A stretch of DNA of 56,288 nucleotides, filler included, from Basidioascus undulatus (Eukaryota): the NCBI GenBank assembly GCA_000826855.1. It is 6 parts of 6 records of this genome, joined end to end, with 100 filler letters (N's around TTAATTAATTAA, not from the genome) between each part and the next. Parts side by side here need not be neighbours in the genome. Positions count along the whole stretch, not along the records: positions 28,229 to 37,517 come from JTLS01001267.1; positions 37,618 to 46,903 come from JTLS01001268.1; positions 47,004 to 56,288 come from JTLS01001269.1; 3 more parts are not named here. The stretch is one strand, 5' to 3'. Position 1 is the first letter of the stretch. Each line of letters starts with the position of its first letter. Shown here piece by piece: positions 36,624 to 48,803 of the stretch. The notes under the pieces are model-generated. The model was not told the origin of the DNA, did not search any database, and saw only the letters and a list, made by a program, of their open reading frames with translations. The translations under genes were made by a program, and so were the position numbers.

Positions 36624-37451
36624 TTAGTCGTATTTCTTGTACTCGGGCTTCTTGATGAGATAGACCTTCTTGGACCTGAAAGAGGAAGAACAGGAGATGT
36701 CAGTCAGAGAACATGTCGGGAGGCTTCAAGATCGACTCACTTCTTCTCCTTCTTGGGCCTGGAGATGGGACAGCACAGTCGGTGGTCTTCTGTAGATGGC
36801 CGAGCTTCACCTGGATCGACTAACTTCTTCTCCTCTTCTTCCTCGTAGTCCTAAAGGTGCGTGCGGTCGACTTCTCCTGCTGATACTCGAAGTCGACGTC
36901 CACGTCGTTCTCGATGTTGACGCCCTCCTTGGGCGCGAGCGAGCTGGCACGACGGCCGTGCTTCTTGCCCTTGTTGTTGCTGTGGCGCTGGCCGTGGGGA
37001 GGTACGGAACGTCGTCGTCGCCGCCCTTTCCGAGCTTCTTGTGGGCGAACTCCTCCAGCTCGAAGTCGAGGTTGGTGTCGACCGAAGCGTCGATGTTGAT
37101 CTCGTCGTCCTTCGCAGCACGACGGTACTTCACATATTTCTCAACCTTGTTGACTTATCGATGCCTAGATGATGATAGGAAATGCACCCCATATTAGTAA
37201 CCATTCCGCGCGTACACAACCGTCGCCGTGCTTCGGGCTTACCCTTCTCGACATCAATGTCAACCTTCTTGAACTTGTTCTAAATAAACACACCCTTCAG
37301 CATCACGCCTTACTCCCCAGGCGCAGTGGAATGCTCACGTCGTTGAGAGCTTGGCGAAAATTGGGCCGACGATGTTGAGACCCAGAGGGGCAGCCCACAC
37401 GGCGGTGGAGGCGAACAGAGAGGAGATGAAATTTACTGCGGTAGCGCGCAT
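36624..37451 (-). pseudogene. Secreted repeat protein with dibasic (Kex2-type) sites, disrupted by four apparent 1-nt deletions
   Basis: Signal peptide MRATAVNFISSLFASTAVWAAP and four canonical introns. Repeats KVDIDVE, EINIDASVDTNLDFE and GVNIENDVDVDFE, the last two preceded by RR-A. Ends KKPEYKKYD*. Confidence 0.55.
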
Positions 37452-37517
37452 TGTGGATGGAAAGGGAAGGGGAAGAGAAGGGAAGGGGGAAGAGAGGAAG
37501 GAGAGGGTGGAAAGGAG

Positions 37518-37617
37518 NNNNNNNNNNNNNNNNNNNNNNNNNNNNNNNNNNNNNNNNNNNNTTAATTAATTAANNNNNNNNNNNNNNNNNNNNNNNNNNN
37601 NNNNNNNNNNNNNNNNN
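37518..37617. other. Artificial contig spacer
   Basis: N44-TTAATTAATTAA-N44. Confidence 0.98.
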
Positions 37618-38675
37618 GAGATATCCGCTTCACCTCGCTTTATCTCCGAACAGGCTCTCGTGACCCCCAACTCTTGAATACCTACCATCCACTGCACGAC
37701 CATTTCATTTCAGTGTCTGACCCTCGTGCTGGTTCTTCTCGTTGTCCATTGTGTCCCCTCCCGCTGTCAGATCCCGACCCTGTTTGCCTTCACATCCAAA
37801 GTAGTCCATCCGTTCGTGTCCAACTCATAACTCAGGGCGCCACGACCTTCAAAGCCTGATGCATGCGCAATAAAACAAGTACTCACTCCCATCTCCCCTC
37901 ATCCTCCACATCCTCACCTCCCGTCGCTCTCCTCACACCCTCATCAAACCCCACCGTCTGTGGCTCCGCCTCCGGGGGGACTCTCTCAACTTCAATCTCA
38001 GCGCTCGAGCGTACGGCAGTGGCGCCTTCGATATCCTCCTCCTCTTCCGCAGGGAATTCGTGGTGTTCGTGCGGGATGCCAGGACTGATGTCTGGTACGG
38101 GAGGGGTACGGTCGATGTGTGGCGTGGCCGGACCTCGAGGTGATTTGTCTGCGAAGGAATACAAAGCGATCAGTACTTCTCGTCTTAACATCCTTCCAGG
38201 ACCGCAAAAGCTAGAGTCTGGAAGGTCGAGCGTACCTGGGTTTACAGTTCCCGCTGCTGAAGGCCCGGTCCGGAAGCTCGCAGTGGCGTCCGACATGAAC
38301 TTCTTTTGCACCCGCTCTTGGAAAAGTTTGAGCATTACAGACCTGGGCCTGGTGGTGCAACGTGTGGTGAACATCACAGAAAGTCGCAAGGAGAGCACGA
38401 AGAGTACAAGACCCGAGGATGACTGCATGCATTTCTTACACTTTACGATGCCGCAGCGCACACTGTCTGTTAGCAGAATTTCCGTACATTAATCAATTGT
38501 TACCCAGGATACCTCAGTATTGGCCAAATGACTTCAGCAAATAACGAGATTGCCACTTTCATCGTGTCGCAGTCAACTAGTCAACTGTTCACGAGGAGGA
38601 AAGAGTAATCTGCGTTCAGAGCCATGTACAAACATTAGGACTGCTCATGGACAGTCAAACTGCTGAGTAGAACAT
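37618..38675 (-). pseudogene. Rad21/Rec8-family kleisin pseudogene, 5' part
   Basis: From ATG at 38675 it reads MFYSAV*LSMSSPNVCTWL*, in exact register with the kleisin start MFYSxxxLSxxxPxxxxWL. Then DTMKVAISLFAEVI, PILR, CGIVK and an acidic linker containing EIEVER. Confidence 0.55.
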
Positions 38676-39203
38676 AAAGTTAAGGTATTTGTTGGGAGCA
38701 CAGCATCTTTCATTGTCGTCCTTGATCTGGCGGACCGAGAGCGAGGTATCATAGGCCTGCTGGTCACTCCGCATGCGTTCGAACAGCGACTGGAAGACTT
38801 CTTGAGATTCCTTTTCCTGAACGTACCTATTTTTTTCGACTGCAGTATGGTCAGTTCTGCTGTGAAGAGACCTCAGCCAGACTGGCGTCCTCATGGCCTC
38901 ATTGAAAGGCAGCTGTGGACAATCGTCAGTGCCTGGGTGGCTTCAAGCGTGTTTGACCTTGAACATCCGTAATTTCTAACTGTCGCAGGCTTTCATAAAT
39001 GCTTTTTTTCAAACGATTTATATATTCTCGCCTACAACTAAAGCGAAGCTGAAATCACTGCGAAAGCGGCCTCATACTTAGTCGGCGAACGTTCGGTCCA
39101 AAGCGATCTCAAAGAATCACGGTTCAACCGAAATGCGCCTGCCTCGGCCACTCTCATCCACTCTTTCCCACTTCACCCTCACACCCCAATTTCGCATCGC
39201 ACA

Positions 39204-40017
39204 ATGCCTTCAACTGAGACGCACACGCTCCCGCACCCCTCCCCGCCGTTTACGCACCTGCATCTGACCGCCTTCCGCGGCGTCTCGAACGCCTCGGCCC
39301 TGCGCGCGCGACTCATCGCCGCGGCGTCCGAGTCTGCTGCAGCGGACGAGAAGCGCGCGATGGACTGGTGCTTTGTTGATGGGCGCATGGTGCGTCCTGA
39401 TCCGCGACAGCAGGAGGGGCGGAGCGATGACTGATGGAGCTTTGGGCTGATGCGGAGCAGGTGGGCGGTCGTGCGCACAGGTGACTTCGAGGGAACACCT
39501 GCTTCTCGCCGTGCAACAGGCGCTCATAGCGCACGGGAACAGCGCTCTGCGGACGAGGGGGATTCACGGGGAGATTCTGTTTTGTTTGAGTCCGAGCGCG
39601 AACGTGAGTCTCATTTCCCCCATCCCTACCCCCCTGGGCTGATCGCTTCTGCCCTCAACGCAGATCACCGACTCCCTCCGCAACTTTGGTGTTAACGAAA
39701 GCACGTCGACGCTGGTCCTCATGCGCCTATCGTCGTCTCCGGACGGCGGGGAAGGCGTCGCGTCGGTGGTGGAGGGCGACCAAGTGAGCGTGGACGAGGT
39801 GCTCGGGCGGGAGACGGACTGGCCCAAAGTCCGGAAGGTGCGTCTTCATCCATCTTCCTCCGATTGTCTGAAGCACGCTATATCTGATCTGTCTTGCTGT
39901 GTTATCTAGCTGTACAAGCTTAACGCTCTTGGAAAGCGGTTAGAGGGCGAGCAAGGGCAGAAGGAGGTGGACAGGCTTGTGTGCACCACGGTCGCGATGA
40001 AGTCGGTCGCGTCATGA
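39204..40017 (+). CDS. CGI121: KEOPS/EKC subunit Cgi121 (TPRKB); four exons
   Basis: FRGVSNASALR...FVDGRM|VTSREHLLLAVQQA...LRTRGIHGEILFCLSPSAN|ITDSLRNFGV...TDWPKVRK|LYKL...VCTTVAMKSV. Confidence 0.9.
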
Positions 40018-40672
40018 TCAATCGCTCTTCACCACTGCAGCGCACGACTGTTTGGGCGCTTGTGTGCACCGTCGGTAGCGGCTCCTCAATTGTCAGAAGG
40101 ACACCGGTGCGCTATGTCCGCATGCATTCTCTTCTAGCGCGAAGGCGGACGCCACCCAACGCTTTTGCAATGATCCTGTGGGTCGTCCACGCGCCCCGTT
40201 CACGCACTCCGCACTCCTTACGCTGCACCTAAATCGAACTCCAGCTCTAAACAGGCAGCATGTATGCAGCCTATCGCGGGATGTGTGTGGGGTGGTAGCA
40301 GTGCGAGTCTCTGCTGCTAAACTACTGAAGGAATACCGATACTGATACACGGGTAAGAAACAGCGGAAACTCGGGGGATAACGGGACGGAATTTGCTAGT
40401 AACGATTGGGAATGTGTGGGGATGAAGGTGAAGTGGTTGCGCGTGCTATGGGGCAACGATAGAAAATGACGAAGCGGAATGCAGAGTGCGCGAGGAAGGG
40501 GGAGGACCGGGATATGTGCAGGGAAGGAGCGTCATGGTGGGCGTTAAGTGAGATGGAAGGACGACGAGAGCGAGGGCAATCAAGCCCAGAAGAACCGGAG
40601 ACCCGGAGAAAGAGACGATGCGAGCGCGGAGAGTCAAAGCGAGAGCGAGAGCGCGGAACAAAAAGCCAAGTA

Positions 40673-43033
40673 CTATGAAGATCCCGGCGTGAACACCCAC
40701 CCCTGCGGGTTCTCCGCGCTCTGGATCGACCCGGGCCCCTGCTTGACGCAGATGTCCTGCCCGCCGACAGTCCCCACCCTTACCGTCCCCGGCCCGCCCT
40801 CCCAGCTCCCCAGCGTGCTCGACACCTCGTAGTCGCCCTGGTACCCCGAGGGGACGGACAGGTTACTGGACCACCCGGAGAGGTTCACACGCACGTCGTC
40901 GCGCGAGGCGGTCGACACGAGTCGCCCATACGCCGCACCTTCGGAGGTGTAGAGTCCGAGGAACGCGCCCGCGGCGTAGACCGGGTGCGAGAGGACCGTG
41001 ATCGTCGCGTTGGTGAGGGAGGAGGAGTAGAGGGTGAGGTGCGAGGGGGTCAGGAACGAGCCGGAGACCGTCCCGTTCGAGGTGTGCATGTCGATCGTCG
41101 TCGCGTTGAGTTTCTGCGTGGGGTCCGTCCAAAGTCAGATTTTCTGACGCAAGGTTACGAGGGGAGGGCAGGCGCACCTCAACAGCGATGTTGCCCCGGT
41201 CGATGTTGAAGTCGACCTTGGACAGCGCAACGTCGGTCAGATCAGCGAGGGACACAGCGAGCGCGGCGCCCTCGGACGTGAGGGTCAGGTCGATGTCGGG
41301 CTGGTCGGCGGGGAGGTAGAGCGTGATCTCGGTGTTGGCCGCGCAGTCGGTCGTGGACGCGTTGGGGCAGGACGGCTAGCCGCACAGTCAAGCAGGTCAG
41401 CAAACAAGTTCAAACGCGCCGGGGCTCAGAAAATGGGGCTGCGACGCACAGAGATGTCGACGTAGCTCGTCCCGTTCGCCGACGGGTCGTCGACCGAGAT
41501 GTCAACGCCGAGGTTCGAGTTCGTGCCGTTCGCGTACTTGCTCGCCACGACGAGACTCGCCCACGCCGTGGGCTGATCCGCACCCGGGGCGAACTCGATT
41601 TCTCCGTACTGCTGGGGTTTGCGCTTCTGCAGCGTGCCGCCCGAGGAGGTGGGGGGGGAGGAGGAAGAAGACGAGAACGGGGAGCGGGTAGAGAGGCCGG
41701 TCCAGCGCGGAAAGCCACCGACCGGGGTGAGGAGCGGGACGAGCGCGCTGCGGGCGAGGCGGCGCGCGCGGGGGGAGAGAAAAAGGTAGGAGGCGTATGA
41801 GGAGACGGAGGAGGAGGAGGAGGACGGGTTGGGGATGTGGTAGATGCGTTTGCGGAGAGTTGAAGATTCGTGCCGAGGGGACAGGGAATGGGTGTGGTGT
41901 TGCCGCCTGCGCCGTCTCCTGCGCTTGTCTTCGGTAGGCAGGGTGGTAGTTGAGCGTGAGCTCGTGTCCGTTGCGTCGGACGCAGCATCGCTGTCGTCGC
42001 TCTCCTCCGTGACGCTGTCGGGCGGCTGGAGGGGCAGGACGAGCTGCAGCGGCTGCAGCGGCACGAGCAGGTGCGCGATGAGGCTGTCGCTGTGCTTGGC
42101 AAGCACGGCGTTGACACTCTGGGGCAGGGTGAAGGACGCCCAGAACGTCGTCTCGGTCACGTTGACGGAGGGGGCCTTGTCCGTCGGCGCGCGCTCGATG
42201 CGCACCGTGCCGGAGACGGTGGACGGCAGGTGGAGGTGGATGGTGCCTGCCGCGGGGAGGAGGACGAGCTCGGAGGAGCCCGTGAGGGCGAGTTGGGTGG
42301 AGAAGGTGTGGTTGGCGGAGAGTTGGTAAGGGGGCAGGAGGGGACGCGTATCGTCGCGTGTATTGTCCTTCTGATTTAGGTACTGTTTACGCAGTCCCAT
42401 GCCATCCCACATCAGAATCCACCCGTCCCCCCAACGCCCAAGAGAAAAAGACGCGCACGCACTTTTTCCAATATAGGGGCGAGGATGGCGCCGACTGCAA
42501 CGTAGGCGACGAGGGCCCACGCGAGCGCGGTCCAGAATCGTCGGCGCGCGCGGCGCTTAGCGACGGCGTCGGGTACGGGCGGTCTGAGGGGTAGGAGGGG
42601 TCGGTCGGAGTCGAGGGAGACGGAGGAGCCGGCGAGGGTGGTGCGCGATGCGGGATCATAGGGGGTTGATGTTGAGCGTGGTCGTGCGCGTGCGGAAGGG
42701 GCGTGGATCGGGAGGAGGGCTGTGGGCGCATTCAGGGACGTCAGCGCGCCCGGGATGGCAGGAGCAGCAGAGAAAAAAGAGAGACGGACGAGCTATAGGT
42801 GAAGGACCGCCAGTCTGCCGCATGACGACAACCTCGTTCAGGCTGTCGTCGTCCGAGCCTGCCGGTGACAGGGGTGGGTTGAGGATGTTGCCCTCCTCAT
42901 CGCGGACTATTGTGTGCCCCTCCTGGGAGTACCGGGGCGGCGCGGGCCCGGAGGAGGGCGAGGAGGGGCGGACGACCTGGCCGCGCGAGTTGCGGTCGAC
43001 ATAGTCCACCTTGTCGTCGGAGATGATAATCAT
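40673..43033 (-). CDS. Type II single-pass membrane protein with a beta-rich, N-glycosylated ectodomain (DUF7330/DUF4097-like); multi-exon
   Basis: MIIISDDK...PPRY; transmembrane segment KRRARRRFWTALAWALVAYVAVGAIL; many NxT sites; IDMHTSNGTVSGSF-type strand repeats; consistent splice phases. Confidence 0.7.
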
Positions 43034-46000
43034 CTCGCTGACCGTGGCAAGGCAGCGGCGGCAATGGCGGCGGTGGATGTACTGATGGCGATGATGGCTG
43101 TGGGGAAGAGAGGGGCGCGGATGGGGAGGACGGAGGGCAAAACGGCGAGGACGAGGGTAGGAAAGCGATGGCAGCGATGGCGATGATGGAGTTGGATGAG
43201 GGCGTTCAAGGCAAGGCGATGAGAGGGCACGCTTCCCTTTGCAAGCCTTGACAGTCTGTCTTGACTGCCTCGGCATCCGCTTGGGCTCGTCATTCGTCAC
43301 AAAGTGCCCACTCAAATCGCTCGCTCGGTCCACTTCAAAATCACACAAATCAGAGAGTATCTTTTGCTCCTATTTCTGCTCAGAGAACCGGCCGTCCTGG
43401 AAGGGGCCGTGTATTTCAGCAACAGCGAACTTGAACTTGCCACTGACACTGACATGACATCTAATCGATTCCCAATCGGGCGTGCGTGCCGTGTGCCCCT
43501 TCTTGCAGCGATTCATTTTCCACCAACCGCCGATGCGTCTTTTCCGCCAATATCCACCAATATCCACCTCCATACGTGTACAGCAATCAGCAGCAGCGAA
43601 TCTTTCAACAGAAGCACTTGACAATGCCCCTCGACCTCTGCCAGTTCTCCATTCAATCCTGTCTCGTTGCACTCCGAGGAAGCCTCGTGCCCCTCCGCTA
43701 CGGGCCGCGTGCATGCACGGCTCCACTGGCAAACTCCACCCCGCTCGCTCTCAACTATCCCCCGCATGCGGGATGCAGGGTGGGTGTGCTGCTGAAAGGA
43801 CGACATGGCGTGTATGTTGCCTGTCTTAAGGATGTTCCATACCCGCATCGCGACAACCACTGGCATTGCCGGCGTTCGAAGGTGCAACGGACCTATACCT
43901 GCTTGATGGGAAGTTTTGGGAACAGCCAATGCCCGACGTGGTGGGGAATGCCCAGAAATTCTGGCGCTAGTGCACGGAGAGAAGAGGGAGCAGGGCGGTG
44001 GAGCACGGAGAGGGGAAGACGGAAGACGGAAGTGTTACGCGGTCTTGCCCGAAACGCGGGCTGCGTGGGCCTCGCGCTGATCCTATGGCAGGGTAGATAT
44101 CACAGCACGAGCTTCTGGAAAGTATATGATGTTCATCAATCGATTTAGGGTACAGGCTTTCAAGATTGCGACCTGTTGCTTGGAAACTTTCGCGGCAGGA
44201 TGCAGCCAAACAGCAGGCACACGTTCACCTTACTTTCTAGTAACGTTTTCGGCTCTTGCGAAACAGTAGGTACAGGTCGTCCGCTCCTCCAGAAAACTCA
44301 TATGCAGAAAACTATGCAAGGAGCTGGACTTCCCCGTCGCCCCGCGGTTGAGTAACCGAGCAAGACGATAAGAGGGAGAACGCCGTCTGTCGGACCCCTG
44401 GACGAGCTCGCAGAGCTAGTGAGAAGTTCGCAGTCAGCCGTGAGCTTCTTCCTTGCCAGGTACAACACATCAAGTTTAAGTCTAGCTTAGCCCAGCGTAG
44501 AGCCAAGAAGAGACTGTACGCGCGGAACTCATTCACGGATGCGAGGCGGCAGGTGGTAGAGGCACTCAGCTGTTATTCCTCTCAGATCAGTATTGGCTTG
44601 CCCTACGGCAAGGATGGAGGCAATTTTCCGGTAGTATCATGTGGCTGATAGGCTTGGTGGTTCGATGATGCCGGAGAACAGCGCTGCACAACTGCATCGC
44701 GCACGGCTTCATGATCAAAGTGTGCTTGCCCGGTGCTCGCTGAAACCTTCTCACACAGCAGCAGCATAATTAACCGTCGTCCAAGTTAGAGGGACCAGTG
44801 TATAATAAGAAAATGTTTTGAAAATCGAATGGCCACCAGCAGCCTGCAACTGCTGACTCAAACTGAATCCCGGATGTCCCAGTCGCTTGCAGTAGTGGGG
44901 ATCTAAGGTGACTTACAGAAAAGATTTTTGCACGGAAGAGGGTGAGGTGGGAGCTGAGAGTATCGGGAGCTGAGTAGGACATCTCCTCCTCGAGCAGCGC
45001 AGAGGCCCACGAAGCTCGTTCACAGGGCACACCAAGGCTGTTGAGCGTGTATCACGTTGTCCCCGGTTTCGGTAGGTCATTAAGCTTCTCTTAAAGTATT
45101 TAACACACTATCTTACTTCATCGCAGACCGTTTAAGTGGGAGACGCAGCCAATGCTAATCAAGATACAGAGTGCGACGATGCGATTGCGATGCAACGGGC
45201 CCTCGGCCCTCGCCTGCGCTTGATGCGTGCTGAGGGGCGCCTGAAGTGATGGATGCCCATTAAACGAGAGCCTTTTTTTGAGGTTGGAGGGAACCGGATG
45301 GGGGTGTGGTGGATGGGGAAGCTGAGTGTGGGCGCGGGGGAGGTCCCAGAGGAGACGCCGAGCGAGCGTGATGCGAGCCCGGCCGAGCCTCGGTGATTCA
45401 GGTTTGGATCAAAAGCAGTAGATAAAGGGCTCAACATGTCCGGTTAAATGATCCGTGCTCTTCTGCAGGGCGAGCAGACCGAGATCGATTTGACGCGGGC
45501 CTTTCAGCGCGAGAGTCGCTTCGCGGGAACGGTGAGCTATCGAGTAAACCAGCGACAGTAAGATGCGCAATGCAATCGGAACGGTCAGGCGGCGGACCTA
45601 GTTATATCGGGGTGACTGTACGCTGGGGCCCAAGACGGCTGGCATACGCCGTCTGGGCACAGAACAGCGTTATTATGTACCATCCTCGATACGACTGTGT
45701 CCGCCGCCTGGTCGCACAGATCGCACTGCGCACGCTCGAGAGATGATCGAGTGGACGGATCCGTTCTTCGTACGCCAAGCAACACTCGCACTGACAGGCT
45801 CCGGGCAGATCCAGGCCCAACCGCTTGCGCCTCTGCATAACACGGACCACTCCGCCCCGGACCTTGCCTGGCCTATCTCCGACTGTAACCCCCCCCCAGA
45901 CGACTCACCAAGCCCCAATAATGCTTTGGAGTCCAGTTGGATTCAGAGCATAGGATGACCGAGGAGTCGTGAAGTCCGTTGACGTCGTCGAGGTTGTGCG

Positions 46001-46726
46001 AGGGCAAGCGAGAGAAAGACCGACCGTGCGTGGCGGTTGAAGTGAAAGAGGGAGAAATGCTACCGTAATGCCCAAGCTTTATGCACAGTTGACACCCTGA
46101 CACTTCCGTTCAGTCCGAAAGACTTTAGTTGCATGCCATTCCTCAGACCATGCAAGGTAAGTACCTTTTCACCTCGATGAACGACTAAGCTACTTCCTCA
46201 GTCGACCCACAGTTGATGCAGGCGCGTACCACAACACTACAACAGTCCGCTCGAGACCCCGGCGTACTCAAGACCAGCACAAGCTCCCCACACAAAATGG
46301 TGGCGTAAACGAATACTTGACATCATTGAAAGGATTATGCCTCGGGTGAGGAAGGCAACAGCGCTGTCCTGCCAGATGACTGAGCGTGCAACGGTTTCAA
46401 ACTGGACGAGGTGCCAGTAGTAGAGTTGGAGACGTGAGGGGATGTGTAATATTTATTTCAAAACAGAAAGAATACGAACGCCGCGTACGCTCATGACGCA
46501 TGGTGCTGGGCTCTGTAGAATCGACTTTGGCAACGCAACATCGCTGCACAAACTCGGGTCGCTCGGCAATTGACCTTCTGGGGCTTCGGCTGCGACGCCT
46601 TCTCCCTTCGTCCCTCCTCCCTTCCTCGTGTCCTGCTCCTTATTTCGAACCCAGGGCCCATCCTTTACGGTACACAGGCCCGGAACAACATCTCACATCC
46701 CCAAGTCCAACGCACCATATCGCGCT

Positions 46727-46903
46727 ATGCTCCCCTCCCTCCTCCCGCGGCGCTCTTCCCGGCTCGCGCACCTCCTGCGCATCTCTTACCCGCGTTCCCA
46801 GCTCTCATCCACCACCACCACCGCCTCCTCCTCCTCCCCCGACGCGGACTCCGACGCGGACCTCTGGGCGCGCCAGGTCGGCCTCGCCGCGGTGGGCTTG
46901 GGC
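46727..46903 (+). CDS. N-terminus of a probable mitochondrially targeted protein; contig-truncated
   Basis: MLPSLLPRRSSRLAHLLRISYPRSQLSSTT...DLWARQVGLAAVGLG, an Arg/Ser-rich leader without acidic residues. Confidence 0.45.
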
Positions 46904-47003
46904 NNNNNNNNNNNNNNNNNNNNNNNNNNNNNNNNNNNNNNNNNNNNTTAATTAATTAANNNNNNNNNNNNNNNNNNNNNNNNNNNNNNNNNNNNNNNNN
47001 NNN
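46904..47003. other. Artificial contig spacer
   Basis: N44-TTAATTAATTAA-N44. Confidence 0.98.
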
Positions 47004-47634
47004 GCGGGGTGACAATTCCGAAGCGCATGACAGATCAATAACTTAGGGTATGGTTGTGGGTTGGGGGCGGTTGAGGTGCTGGACGGTTTCGGCTGGAGCT
47101 GGAGTAAGGGGAGGGGGGTTAAGGTGGGAAATGGCCGATGAGGAAGGGAAGACGGACCTTGGCCGCTGGGGTGGAGACGCGCTTCGCGGCGGGGGACGGG
47201 GAGGATGGGACGGACTATGCGACGAATCCAAGTCAGCCGTCGGTTCTGCACAAGGTACGTGATCCTAAACGCAAGACACGCACCACCTCCTTCTCCCTTT
47301 CCTTCTGCGCCACCGCACTCGGACTCCCCTTAAGCTCCATCCCATGCCTCCTGCCCGGACCCTGCCTTGGACGCGCGTTCTCCTTCTCCCTCTCCTTCCC
47401 CAGCGGGCTAGTCGGCGGAGTGCTCGCCCCCATCCGCGCACCCAGCGCAGGGGACGAAGAGAAGAACCCCGCGGAGGAAGAGGAGGAAGACGCGTCGCGT
47501 GCGGCGCGCGCGCGCTTGCCGTACTGGATTTTGGCGCGCTTGACGGGCGGGGGGGACCTGCGAGGGTGAGAATTGTTTAGGAGTTGGGATGCGCGTTTGG
47601 AGGGGTCTGGGACGGCCTACGAGGATCGGTCCAT
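47004..47634 (-). CDS. N-terminus of a disordered, probably nuclear protein; contig-truncated
   Basis: ATG at 47634, intron GTAGGC..CAG, then SPPPVKRAKIQYGKRAR...EKENARP..., and a second intron GTGCGT..GCTGAC..TAG. Confidence 0.5.
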
Positions 47635-47929
47635 TTGCGTGGGAGGTGAGGAGGTGACGGAGGAGGAGGAAGACGCGTCGTGTCAATGAAAGGAAGGACG
47701 GAACAAGTCAACTGTCAAGAAGGACCGCGTCGAGCGTGGGAAAGTGACATCAGCGCAGGACTTGGCTGGGCTGCTCCTCATCGTCGCCTTCCCACTTCCT
47801 CCAGTCTGCTCTGTCCATCCATTCAAACAAGCATCTTTATCATTCAGTAACAACGCAACCTCACAGCCTCCTTTGCCATCCTTCGTCCCCTGGACCGCGA
47901 CCGCAACTCCCACCGAACAATGGCCCTCC

Positions 47930-48803
47930 TCTCCTCCCCCTCCTCCTCCTCCTCCTCCTCATCCTCGTCCTCATCCATCGCGTTCACCCGCCTGTGCTCC
48001 CCCACACCTCAACAGTTACTCTACCGCAACTAGGGAGGAACAGAAGAGAAGAAAACCACGCACGCCAACTCGGCCTCAATGTCCGAGTCTTCGTCGAAAT
48101 CGCTGTGCTCCCCGAACGGGTCCTCGCCCTGCCCCGGGTACGAGATGAGGTTCCCCGCGAGGTGGACAGGGTTCTTGCCCGTCACGGAGAACTGCACGAC
48201 CAATCCCACCCGCTCAGCCTCCCGGCCTGCCCGTCCATCTCCAGTCGCGATAGGACCTAAATGCGCACCTGTGCCTGCTCGTCTGCAATGAGGGTGATAG
48301 ACACGTTCACATGCTCGATCTGCCACGCCCGAGACCCGTCAGTATGTCCGCCCGCCTCCAGTCCCAGAACCTGGAGAAACAGCAGCGCACCTTGCCCGGG
48401 ATCAGAGACGCAATGACCGCCTCCTGGACCTCGCCCTCGCGCTCGCTCTCGTCCTCCTCGTCCTCCTCGTCCGACTCCTCATCGTCCGACTCGTCCGGCA
48501 GGTACGACACTTTGAGGACGCTGCGCGTCGCGGACTTGTCGGGGAGGTCCTCCCCGAGCGAGACGGAGGTGATCCGAATGTCCTGCCCGAGGGAGGTGAC
48601 GGGGACCTGGGAACCATCGTGCAGAAGGTAAGTTAAATGGGAAGCCCGCGAGGGGAGGGGATGCCGGGAAGACGCGCACCTCGACGGGCTTGCCCGGCTC
48701 GACGATGAGGGACCACAGGCCTGGGGCGCAGGCGTGTTCAGCTGCTGGATTGGCACTGTTTTTCTAAGGATGGGAACACACCAGTAGGGACACCAGAGCT
48801 CAT
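47930..48803 (-). CDS. FPR4: Nucleoplasmin-like N-terminal half of a nucleolar FKBP (Fpr3/Fpr4 type); FKBP domain missing
   Basis: MSSGVPTG|LWSLIVEPGK...DIRITSVSLG...RSVLKV, acidic loop, VIASLIPGK|IEHVNV...|FSVTGKNPVHLAGN, acidic tract. Breaks off at a (GAG)n run. Confidence 0.8.

Noticed and set aside
36624..37451. Ribosomal protein gene (Lys-rich short exons)
   Set aside because: It has a signal peptide and acidic repeats and no ribosomal protein motif.
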